This document shows, piece by piece, positions 37,697-63,398 of a DNA stretch of 64,000 nt. This stretch comes from Haliotis cracherodii. Lineage: Eukaryota. The DNA is taken from assembly GCF_022045235.1 (NCBI RefSeq), contig NW_027266275.1, positions 71,858,001 through 71,922,000 on the forward strand, written 5' to 3'. The notes below the pieces were generated by a model, which saw only the letters and a list, made by a program, of their open reading frames with translations, had not been told where the DNA came from and did no database searches. Position 1 is the stretch's first letter, and each line of letters starts with the position of its first letter. Both the position numbers and the translations under genes were made by a program.

Positions 37697-39219
37697 CCGA
37701 GCTGCACACAGCGTACACGTAAACGCCACATGTTTCATGATGTGCAAGTCTGGATGACATTGATACAAGTGACGAATGATAAACAGGAGCTGTGTTTATA
37801 CAGTGGTTCCCATTAATTTGGTGTGTTGATGCAAACATACCTGCAGTTTGGATAATGGCATGATCTATTTGTGTTACAATTTGTGTTTCTATGCCAAATG
37901 CTTTATGTTATACCTGTTTAATGACAATAGCCATGACAAACACCAAAATCCATAGCATAGTGTTTAACCCATGCGTGAATGCGCCCATGAGACCAATTTC
38001 CTCATAGGGTTCTGATGGACTGCAAGTCGCTGATCAATATTCCCACATTGTTCCATGAAAGGAGAATAACAGTTAATGACGTAACGCCTTGATGTGCAGT
38101 GAGTAAATTGAGGAGTTGTTAATATTTAATTACAGGTTTGGTTTGGCTCGGCTTTCGGGTGGCTTTGTGTTAGCGTTGCGCGGCGTGACGTGACAATAAC
38201 AAAGTTTGACCGGCTGCACCAGAAGTTAACTGGTAAGTTGATCACCAGACTGATTTTGAAATAATGTCTGATCAAATGGTTAAGGCAACAACTGAATATT
38301 TTTGTCAGGCATCGATTGATTTTAGTACCAAAAGTTTGACTTTACTGTTTTTAAAACAAACTTAGCTGCAGTAGAAAATGTAAGCAATGATCGGATTTTC
38401 CGAAGTTAAAACCAAAGTAAATACTTAATCATAACGTATATCAAACGCTGACATTCTGATTTTCAGAAGTTACCAATCAATATTACAAAGTTACAACTGT
38501 CGATTCCCAAATTGAAACAATATGTCAATCAAGAAATCTGTACAAAAAAACAATGTGTGTGAAACCAACACATCACCCACAAGTGGTACACAATCAACAA
38601 TTCATTACAAAATTCACTAAGTTTACAAATTAGCACAAATTACTGCACAGCATTCATAATGGCAGTAAACAATAGAGTGGTAGTACAATATACAATGGCA
38701 ATGAATACTATGATGGCAGTGGTCAGTGGTCAAATACCAAAATACGGTGGTGATAGCGATAGTCAGTGATGATAATGCATATTCACCCAGGGGTGACTGG
38801 TCAACCTTCCGAGATGGGTAAGAAGGGGAATCAGGGATGATGAGCGATCCTCACACGAAGGCTGCTCTTGACATGATGAAAATGCGTGTATGTCCCGCAA
38901 AGAGAAATTTTCATATGTTTCTATAACATACTCTCACCGTCTGCAGTTTACGGACCGGATGTTTTCACACCCCACTAGCCAAGTTTCTTCCCAGCGCGTG
39001 ACACATTCGTTACACTCTCTGCAAACACGCTATCGTTGTAAGGAGCTTGCACACTAGCATCTTAAAATAGTAACTTACTGACGACTGCTTACATTTCCTA
39101 AATACATTGCAATGAGCATCTACCGAATCTCAACAGAAACAACGTAACGCCGTTAAAATCGTTGTTAAACAATAAAATACACTGCCATATGACATAACCA
39201 AAGTAAATACAGAGGCCTT

Positions 39220-40300
39220 GATTGTTGTCACCCTGATCAAATATCTTGGACAAGAGTCTTATGATGAGCCTCGACATCTTCAAAGAAGGAGCAAGCTTGA
39301 TGGCACCTCAAAAGTTGTGAAGTGTAAACACAAAGGTCAGGAGCTGCAGGAATATTGATCGACTTAAAGGGCAAGTTGTCAATTGGAATGTTATACAGCA
39401 TTGTTTTTTTCGTCACTCTGAATCTTTATGCGTAGATCTTAATATAAAACACATTTTATATGTTGCCAATACGTGCAAAAAACTATCTGAAAACGAAACA
39501 TATAAGCGAAAAAGGGCGCAAAATTTCTTCCCTTGGGGATGTCTACTTTTTGCCTGCATGTACTATTCCCCAAATGTCACATGGATGTTATCAATGAGGA
39601 AGTCCATCATTTCATGTATTGTTTTCTCAGTAAATGTAGAAGATATTTGCTTTCAGTTTTGACAACTCGTCCTCAGGGGCAGTGGCGTACTTCAAAGAAA
39701 ACAGTCAAATGTTTTGACACATTTGAACTTCTTATCTTTTTCTGAGATTACAAACATTCAGGCACATCCTTCTTTTTTACTCAAATATTTCCCGTGAGTA
39801 TACAGAAACACATTTATTGAATGTCTTAATTATCATGGTTAATTGATGAAACAGTACTTTGGAATCCATTACAACAGAAGAATGGACGAACTTGTCAGTG
39901 TTTGGGGTTTGACTAATGCTATGCCTGAATTCGAAAAAACAACACTTACAGTATCTTCTTATGTTGCCTAATTGATGAAAAAACATGCTGTTTCATGTCA
40001 TTGAGGCTGAACAAATGAACAAATGAAACTCCATTGCTACGTTTGTAACAAAAACATCTTTTAAAAACAGAAATGGTCCTTCGCTTGTATTTAGCATTGG
40101 AATCAACTACCAAAGAGCTGTCTCCAGGTTTTAGAGTCAAGCCAAAAGTCGATAGTACCGATGCATGGTTTGGGAAAAGTTGTTCCTAATACGTTACTAG
40201 CCTTACACGGGGCATAGTTTGATACCAAGTTCTGTTCTTAATCAATGGTTTTATAACTTGAGGCTGGAACACAATGAATATATTTAAATTCTCTGTTTGA
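39220..40300 (-). mobile_element. Highly decayed Penelope-like (Naiad-type) RT
   Basis: LIDNIHVTFG..KVDIPKGRNFAPFFA (~39490-39600) and NIPAAPDLCVYTSQLLR (~39300-39360); 5' limit approximate. Confidence 0.65.
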
Positions 40301-40717
40301 AGAGGACCCCTAACATCTGGTTCGGAATGGCACGGGAAGAGTGCACCAGGTGCGCTTCGCTCTCAAGTAAAGAAGGGGACATCGGCGACCCACTTCTCGA
40401 TCTTGGGACATACCTTCATCACGAAACAACTCAGTGCGTACTCCTACACCTGTTCCAGCGTCACAACCCAAAGCTAAGGTTGACACCCAAGAACAATTCA
40501 AATGATAAGCTCTGCTTTATTACATATATTCTGATTTTTAGCGATATTAGAAACCCCTAGATTTAACACAATAGTATCATTACTGTTGTCATTGTTTGTA
40601 GGTACTTAACACTTGCATTATTGACCTTTCTTGTTTCAGTATAAAGATGTCCATATAACTTCCATGTGAAACCTGATCCATTATTGATCATATTCTCCAG
40701 GTGATGGTCTAATTTCA

Positions 40718-41971
40718 TTACAGACATATCTTGAACACAGTGACGGCCATCAGTGACACGACAAGCAGGAGGAATAACCAGAAAAAGAATTTGTCCATGG
40801 CTTCACTCACTCTTATCCATTGCACCTCACTTCCGGGCAGCCTTTCACTTCCTCGCGTTGACTTGTCAATGTCCCCACTAGGAGATATGTCCGACACATC
40901 CTGACCCCCGGTTGTGTGTATCCTGTTGCTGCCACAACATCCCTTCTGCCCGCCCAGCAGTCTACACACACAGAGTGGAACAGCCTGCTTGCTAGAGTCT
41001 CTATAGAATACCTTGATGACCCAGATAGTAAGCAGCACATAGAGAGAGCTCAAGAGGAACAGCCCAGCCATGAGAAGGGTGAATACTGACAGGCTGTCAG
41101 CACTTTGGGGCAGCATGTTGGTGATGAAGGACATGAAAACAGCAAATGACAGCAGCACTGTGATGGAGAAGGACAGCTTCTCCCCCGACTGCACTGGGAT
41201 GAGGAACACGACGATGTTGAGGAAGGAAAGAAGCAGGACAGGCATCACGACAGTCAGGATCTTCATGGACGGTTTCCTCGTCAGCTGGAGATGGTAGGTG
41301 ATGTGGGCGATCTCGGAGAAAGATGCATATCTTGTGTGTCGAGTGGCTGAGGTGTTGGTGATGTCCCACTCGCTGTTCACATTGTAAATGTCGAGACCAA
41401 TGGAGTTGTCGACTGGGAAGAGATCAACGGTGTCGATGGTGTCAGCCCAAACGAAAATATTAAAGGAACATGTCTGAACGTCGAAGGGGAACTTGGTTAC
41501 ATCCATTTTACAACTTGTCTTGAATGTGTCTCCAGGATACCAGGTTAGGCTTCCAGTGAAGAAGAGAACCAGGATGCCAAAATCCAGGCCCAAAGGCTTC
41601 ATCTTGTCCACCGTGTTCTGCACCGCTACCCTAGGCTTCCATACCTGATCAAATGCTGGCCTCATGTCCGTCACACCGCCATATAGAGTTGGGTTCCATG
41701 TCAGGATTTCATCATCCCATGTGACCTCCATGTAACCGGTGGAAGCTAGAGCCTCTGAGACTTCATCAAACTCTGTAATAGCCACAAGGTTAAAGGTGAT
41801 GGAGACTCGGGTCACATGTGTTTTGTTACGAACAGGGCGGATGTTCGGGTTGTTAGACTCGATGATGTCACTGTAGAGTTTCTGCTGAAGAATGTAGTCA
41901 TCAACACAGTCACTGACCCCGGTGACTGCCAGCAATATAACAACCAAATATATCCTGTCGTGTCGGATCAT
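40718..41971 (-). CDS. Intronless non-canonical nAChR-like Cys-loop subunit (subfamily B, locus 8)
   Basis: 417-aa ORF with signal peptide, Cys-loop, GEK-M2 and four TMs; close paralogue of locus 5; loop C TRHTRYASFSEIAH. Confidence 0.95.
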   Translation of the reverse strand: MIRHDRIYLVVILLAVTGVSDCVDDYILQQKLYSDIIESNNPNIRPVRNKTHVTRVSITFNLVAITEFDEVSEALASTGYMEVTWDDEILTWNPTLYGGVTDMRPAFDQVWKPRVAVQNTVDKMKPLGLDFGILVLFFTGSLTWYPGDTFKTSCKMDVTKFPFDVQTCSFNIFVWADTIDTVDLFPVDNSIGLDIYNVNSEWDITNTSATRHTRYASFSEIAHITYHLQLTRKPSMKILTVVMPVLLLSFLNIVVFLIPVQSGEKLSFSITVLLSFAVFMSFITNMLPQSADSLSVFTLLMAGLFLLSSLYVLLTIWVIKVFYRDSSKQAVPLCVCRLLGGQKGCCGSNRIHTTGGQDVSDISPSGDIDKSTRGSERLPGSEVQWIRVSEAMDKFFFWLFLLLVVSLMAVTVFKICL

Positions 41972-42534
41972 TTTTACAGGGTCAACTCACTCAAGTTTAT
42001 CAGTTCAATAGCTGTATCATGATAAGTGCGTAGTAGCGCACTGGTGCTGTGTGGTCTTCACGATGAGAGAAATGACTGTCCCTGTTGTCTATGTCTAGGT
42101 CTGTAATCAGCTTGAAATTCCTGCCTCTCGCCGAACCACTGTTTGAAATATTAGAAGTAATTGTGCTTTGTCCAGAAAGGGATCGATGACAGATCTATCC
42201 GATTCATTACTTGGTTCCGCGTCAGTGATATCTTTCAAAAAACCTCCGAGGTATTTCACTCCTTTGATAGCACATGAAGAACAAATGCATTTCGATTCAC
42301 AATAATTGATTATGAATGAGATAGTGCTATGTTGTTCCGTGATAATATACTCTTTTAAAAAAGTAGGGGATCATGAAATATAAATGTAAATGCCATGTAC
42401 TAGCACAAAGATCAATGTTTACGACAAACATCCTATGCCTGAACGTTTGTCTGTAGAACTTAACACCAACACATATCCGATAGTTTGTGTCAATTTTATT
42501 GATTCTGCTTAACATACAGTTGTGATTAACTTGA

Positions 42535-45500
42535 GGGATTGCCTAAAAGTCGGGCCGGGCCGGGCCAAGACGGGCCAAAGTGTTACTGGCTAATTACTTC
42601 ATTATTCGGCGATCATACCTACACATAATTGATGAAACATACACACATGACATTAATGAACGATCACCAAACAAAAAAGTGCAACATAAATAAGTAATTC
42701 GGAGTAAATCGCTTGAAAACAAGAAAGTGGAGCTGTGTGTAAGCGTCGCTGATCTTGGTAACATGTAAAAGAGCAATCGTTAAACGAAATAAGATTTGAA
42801 ACGTATCAAATACTTCTAGCTATCGTGATACAAATTTCCATCTGTCGGCATAGCGTTTATATTTATAGGAACGTACTTATATAAGTAACTACTACTTTAT
42901 AATGTCACTGATCGTCGTATTTAAAGCAGACACGTTGGTTAAAGTAGACCTCTTCTCTCTATACTCTCAACAGTCACACAAGTGTTCGCTCCGACTTGGC
43001 CCGGGCTGTCAAAATCAACTTACACCTCACAGATGTATCATCAAATGAATTCACATCTACAGATTAGTGTTATATCTACCTAAATACCACTTTATAATGT
43101 CACAAATGGCTGTAATTAAAGAAAACAAGGTGCTCAAAGTGAAGCCCTTTTCTCAACATAGTCTCTATCAGAAGTGTTTGGCTTGTGTTGGGTCCCACTT
43201 GGCCCGGGCCGTCAAAATCAACTTTAAACACACAGATGTATCTTCAAATGTGTTTACATCTATAGATTAGTGTTCTATCTACCTATACACCACTTTATAA
43301 TGTCCAGGTGTATCGCATTTAAAGAAATCTGCGCCGTTAAAGTGAGGCATTTTTACTTATTTTCTTAAGAAAATCCAAGTCAGAAATGTTCGGTCATACT
43401 TGGCCCGGGCTGTCAAAATCAACTTAAACCTCACAGATGTATCATCGAATGTGTTTACATCTATTGATTAGTATTATATCTACCTATACACCACTTTATA
43501 ATGTCACGGTACATCGTATTTAAAGAAAACAAGGGCTCAAAGTGAAGCATTTTTACTGTATTTTCTTAAGAAAATCCAAGTCAGAAGTGTTCGGTCCGAC
43601 TTGGCCCGGGCTGTCAAAATCAACTTAAACCTCACAGATGTATCATCAAATGGATCCACATCTTTCGATTAGTATTATATCTACCTAAATACCATTTTAT
43701 AGTGTCGCTGTACTTAAAGAAAACAAGGGGCTCAAAGTGAAGCCCTTTTCCCTCTACATTCTCAACATAGTCTCTATCAGAAGTGTCAGAAATGTTCGGT
43801 CCGACTTGGCCCGGGCTCTCAAAATCAACTTAAACCTCACAGATGTATCATCATCTATAGATGTAAACACATTTGAAGATACATCTGTGTGTTTAAAGTT
43901 GATTTTGACGGCCCGGGCCAAGTCGGACCCAACACAAGCAAAACACTTCTGATAGAGACTATGTTGAGAATGTAGAGGGAAAAGGGCTTCACTTTGAGCC
44001 CCTTGTTTTCTTTAAGTACAGCGATCTGAGACACTATAAAGTGGTATTTAGGTAGATATAATACTAATCGAAAGATGTGGATCCATTTGATGTTACATCT
44101 GTGAGGTTTAAGTTGATTTTGACAGCCCGGGCCAAGTTGGACCGAACACTTCTGACTTGGATTTTCTTAAGAAAATACAGTAAAAATGCTTCACTTTGAG
44201 CCCCTTGTTTTCTTTAAATACGATGTACCGTGACATTATAAAGTGGTATATAGGTAGATAGAACACTAATCTATAGATGTAAACACATTTGAAGATACAT
44301 CTGTGTGTTTAAAGTTGATTTTGACGGCCCGGGCCAAGTCGGACCCAACACAAGCAAAACACTTCTGATAGAGACTATGTTGAGAATGTAGAGGGAAAAG
44401 GGCTTCACTTTGAGCCCCTTGTTTTCTTTAAGTACAGCGATCTGAGACACTATAAAGTGGTAATTGGGTAGATATAATACTAATCGAAAGATGTGGATCC
44501 ATTTGATGATACATCTGTGAGGTTTAAGTTGATTTTGACAGCCCGGGCCAAGTCGGACCGAACACTTCTGACTTGGATTTTCTTAAGAAAATACAGTAAA
44601 AATGCTTCACCTTGAGCCCCTTGTTTTCTTTAAATACGATGTACCGTGACATTATAAAGTGGTATATAGGTAGATATAACATTAATCTATAGATGTAAAC
44701 ACATTTGAAGATACATCTGTGTGTTTAAAGTTGATTTTGACGGCCCGGGGCCAAGTCGGACCCAACACAAGCAAAACACTTCTGATAGAGACTATGTTGA
44801 GAATGTAGAGGGAAAAGGGCTTCACTTTGAGCCCCTTGTTTTCTTTAAGTACAGCGATCTGAGACACTATAAAATGGTATTTAGGTAGATATAATACTAA
44901 TCGAAAGATGTGGATCCATTTGATGATACATCTGTGAGGTTTAAGTTGATTTTGACAGCCCGGGCCAAGTTGGACCGAACACTTCTGACTTGGATTTTTT
45001 TAAGAAAATACAGTAAAACTGCTTCACTTTGAGCCCTTGTTTTCTTTAAATACGATGTACCGTGACATTATAAAGTGGTGTATAGGTAGATATAATACTA
45101 ATCAATAGATGTAAACACATTCGATGATACATCTGTGAGGTTTAAGTTGATTTTGACAGCCCGGGCCAAGTATGACCGAACATTTCTGACTTGGATTTTT
45201 TTAAGAAAATAAGTAAAAATGCCTCACTTTAACGGCGCAGATTTCTTTAAATGCGATACACCTGGACATTATAAAGTGCTTATAGGTAGATAGAACACTA
45301 ATCTATAGATGTAAACACATTTGAAGGTAAATCTGTGTGTTTAATGTTGCTTTTGACCGCCCGGGCCATGTGGGACCCAACACAAGCCAAACAATTCTGA
45401 TAGAGAGAATGTAGAGGGAAAAGGGCTCCACTTTTGAGCACCTTGTTTGCTACTGCAATATGAAACACTAAAGTGTTATTTAGGTAGGTATAATATTCTA

Positions 45501-46010
45501 TAGATGTAAAGTATATGATGTCATTTTAGAAGAGATTTGACAGTTATTAACACGTGTCGTGTCAGTCCTATGACATTCGCGAATATCCACTTGCAGAATA
45601 CATCCTGTGTTGTTTTTACATGAAGTAGTAAAGGTTTATTAGGGATGCCAAACACGTTAATTAATGAAAGAAGAGTAGTCAAAACACGGTCATTTCGAAT
45701 TCCTGCCCAGGACATCACGCCCCTGCACGCTAAGGTCGGTGAGAAACCTTCTCATCAAAGTAAAGACACAGTCAAGACACTGACTTTTCCGGGTGGACTC
45801 TCGGTATGTAGCTATAATTATCAGTTTATTACATTGCTGAAGATGCATTTTGATTCAAACTCAATTAAATGAGCAAAACTAAACGTTTCTGGACAATTGA
45901 GATCTGTCTAGATATGCACGTTTCGTTTTATTATTCTGCAATCCATTTTTAGTATTACCCGCTGGCCCGGCCCGGACCGACTTTTCTTGGCCCGACTTTT
46001 AGGCGGTCCC
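42535..46010. mobile_element. Non-autonomous foldback / Mutator-like DNA transposon with internal inverted tandem arrays
   Basis: TIRs GGGATTGCCTAAAAGTCGGGCC and GGCCCGACTTTTAGGCGGTCCC; 9-bp TSD TTAACTTGA at 42526-42534 and 46011-46019; ~200-215-bp units in opposite orientation either side of ~43857. Confidence 0.88.
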
Positions 46011-46129
46011 TTAACTTGATGACATTCCTTGTCTGTGTATGACCTAGCGATGCATCCACTGTTGGCATGCTGGCAGAGGTCAGCAGTGGGCAGTGCGTTC
46101 AGTGTGTCACAGTCTGGGATTAAGAGACA

Positions 46130-46370
46130 ATGAAACAGAAACCTATAACCCCAAAATGTTGACGATTGGCCCAGTTGAGGGCGTTCCAGGTCAACGACAA
46201 GAGTACAGGACCGACTGATCCGACACCAGGCTCTACGAAACGGTGAATCAAATTCACCTTGGAAACTTTCATCAGACTATTGGAGGACATGAGATTAGAA
46301 GTCGTCTACATGCAGCTCATTTCCATGCTCAACGGCCATGTCTTGTTCCGCTCGTTACAAATCGTCATGT
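46130..46370 (+). mobile_element. Tc1-like transposase relic
   Basis: GRSRSTT..QDRLIRHQALRN and IRSRLHAAHFHAQRP fragments. Confidence 0.5.
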
Positions 46371-47224
46371 TGCCAACTGACATGCATCCAGTGTGTATGT
46401 GACGTATCTCCAGGTAGTTCTCACACTATCTCCGTATAGATCTATAACCACTAAGATATCAGGTTCATAACAGGCTTATTCTTCTATCATGGCGGCATTA
46501 CATGTGGTCAGTCATGACGTCATCAACTACGTCATAGCGCGAGCTAGCTGATACTAACTTCTCTTGCAATACGCTACAATGTACACAACATCGAAACTGT
46601 GATAATCGTTGCTGGTCACGTGTCATGTTTTAAGATGAGTCCCGGTTCTTTTTGCACTTCCTTGATAGACGCGGTCATGGCTGGCGACGTCGAAATGAAC
46701 GTCAAGCCAATGTCAATCTGAGACTTCATGACAGGTAATGCGGTGGATACGGTCACAGGGCAATAATACGACCATCTTTTCAATACCTACCTCCCTGAGG
46801 ATGGTATCTGTCTAGCACTGAATTGTCTTATTCCAAAAGGAAGATGAAGATTCTAACTGAGCTACGCGCCGACTGTACTTCGCCTTTTTATAATATAGCT
46901 AATGATTATTGGGCAAGGAAACGTCGAGTGTATTTTCCGCTCCTGTAAACGTCTTCAGGAAAGCAAATATCGCTCTGCTCGTAGCAAAGGACAAAGACAC
47001 ATATTTGTTCCTTGGAGTGTTAACCCCAATAATAATCATTCATTCCAACTTCGACTAATGTTTTACCAAACCACTTATTAATGTGTTTTACACATAGTCC
47101 TATATTTTTCCCTGGGAGTGGTAACTCTCTTAATAATTAAAACATTCTTGCTTCTACTGTTGTTTTACCATACCACTTTTAAGGTGTTTTTCACATTGTC
47201 AATTGTTCTTCTCGTGAATAACTT

Positions 47225-47512
47225 TGGTATTGGTGCGTATACAGCCTCAAACGTATCCGGGCCAATAAACCCTTACCTTGTGATTCTGGATAAATCCAAT
47301 GAAATAATTTATAGCATTGAATTCTATGTCCTTTTTCACACCAGTGTGATTTCAGTTTCAGATAAAAACATGACATTTATGCGTACCCCGCTTACACAAT
47401 ATCACGTTTGCATCCCACATACAAAGTTATCCGACTCCCTATTGTCCTCGTTGTCTTAGGTTTGACACCTCCCAGTCTGTTGACTGACATTGGGAGAGTA
47501 CCTGGGTTTGCT
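47225..47512 (+). mobile_element. R4/Dong-like RLE fragment
   Basis: Similar to 8255-8535 (LHPTYKVIRLPIVLVVLGL..IGRVPG). Confidence 0.7.
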
Positions 47513-48370
47513 GCCGCCCCCGAACCGATCTTCTTCCATGACACAATGATTGACGTAACTTTCACCTCGACGTTGGTACACTCGAATCCGTCCATCGCTG
47601 TGGCTGAGGTGAAAATGAGACTCGTCAGTGAATAAAACTTGTCCCCACTGCATGGCCGTCCAGCGTAGATGCTGTCTGCACCACAGTAGACGTGCTTGCC
47701 GGTGGTTTCCTGTCAAAATGGGACGTCTGGCGGGTCTTCTGGCGACAATCCCTGCACATCTGAGGCGGCGACTTACGGTTTGTGAAGATATTAGTCGAAG
47801 ACCAAGGATGCTTCTTGCAGTCACTGTTGCTGGCTGGAATCGATTTCGTAGGTGTGTTGTTCGAATCCAGTTGTCATGTCGATTATTGGTTACGCGTGGC
47901 CTGCTACTCCGAGGATGGTCTCTGACTGCATTCGTCTCTTGCCAGCGTTGCCATAAACACCAAATGGTGTTTCTGTGGACGTTAAATTATCTTGCAACAT
48001 TAAGTTGACTCGATCCTGCTTCAAGCATACCAATGGCTCGCAGACGCTCATTTTCGGACAGGCGTGGCATTTCGTAATGTCGAATAATTGCGTAATTTTG
48101 TTGTGTTTCTGAGCGGTTGTTGTCAGCACGATGCTAAACAATGCATATGGAATCCCGTTAACGCACATGTTTTTATACCCATTTTTGAGTAGTGAAAGGC
48201 ATGGGCCTTGCATAAAAGTCAACTTTTGCATTGAATGCATGCTTTTCTGCAGCAGTTGCGTTTTTGTGACTTGATTCCATTAATGTACTACAGTATTGAA
48301 AACCAAACTTTACTTGTTTGAAAAATATAATAAAATATTGGTGTCACAGGAACCTTTGTTGTTGAGTATA
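47513..48370 (-). mobile_element. 3'-truncated Tc1/mariner element
   Basis: ATG 48070 MPRLSENERLRAIGMLEAG, HTH region with one stop, ..WGQVLFTDESHF..DRFGGGS; TA-bounded terminus near 48369. Confidence 0.88.
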
Positions 48371-48723
48371 GTAATAATAATTCTTCACCCCGCCAAACCG
48401 CAGTACATCTCTATTGGCGAATTTAGACAGCCAGTCCTCTCACCATAACGTTTTCTATAAACAGAAATGCCAGGCAATATTTCGATTTGTTAGTTTATTT
48501 TGAAAGCTTTAATACCTTTGGAAAGATCCATTCTTGAGGAAAGGAGATTAGGTTTGATTTATACTCTTGTAAAAGTTGCGATGTCACAAACACGAACATG
48601 ATCACCCTTGCCTTTAATTAGGGACGTTTGAACAATGACTGCTGTAAGTCTAGGCTGAAATATGGTCGAACAGTCGGAGTGCTAAGATCGCCTTTCAGAA
48701 CGAGGCTGGACATCAGCTAGAGA

Positions 48724-62791
<14,068 letters not shown>

Positions 62792-63210
62792 CAGTGTCGA
62801 CTCCAGCAGACTTACACGGTCATATACTGGCGACTAGGAACGCCATGATAAGAGATAGGGAGAAAGACTACCCACCAACATATCGGGAGTGGCGTTCTTA
62901 TCACCAGACGTACATAGCTGTGACCAGGATTCCGGAAGTATAGTTGATTTTTGTTCATCTTGAAGTAACAGTAATTTCAACGAGAACTGACATCTGTACG
63001 TACCTTGTTTGATAGGCATTACTTAGAAGTTGGCGGATGACAATTTGTATGGATAACAGCTTCTTTAATACAGTATTAAAGAAGTTGTTATCCATAAAAA
63101 TTGTGTCTATCTTATCTGTACATACGTAGGGATTCACCATGTGATAATCAGGATTATTAATTAAAACATACAGCATGTCCAGCCAACAAATTATTGTCCA
63201 CAATATATTT

Positions 63211-63343
63211 NNNNNNNNNNNNNNNNNNNNNNNNNNNNNNNNNNNNNNNNNNNNNNNNNNNNNNNNNNNNNNNNNNNNNNNNNNNNNNNNNNNNNNNNNN
63301 NNNNNNNNNNNNNNNNNNNNNNNNNNNNNNNNNNNNNNNNNNN
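63211..63343. other. Assembly gap
   Basis: Run of N. Confidence 1.
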
Positions 63344-63398
63344 CATGTGTTCGACACTGCAGATTACGTATGTGGGCCTGCAAGTTTGTATGACCATC

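Noticed and set aside
32446-41971. Loci 5 and 8 as uncollapsed alleles of one gene
   Set aside because: Signal peptides, the post-M3 segment and both flanks are clearly diverged, which fits paralogues; long reads would confirm this.
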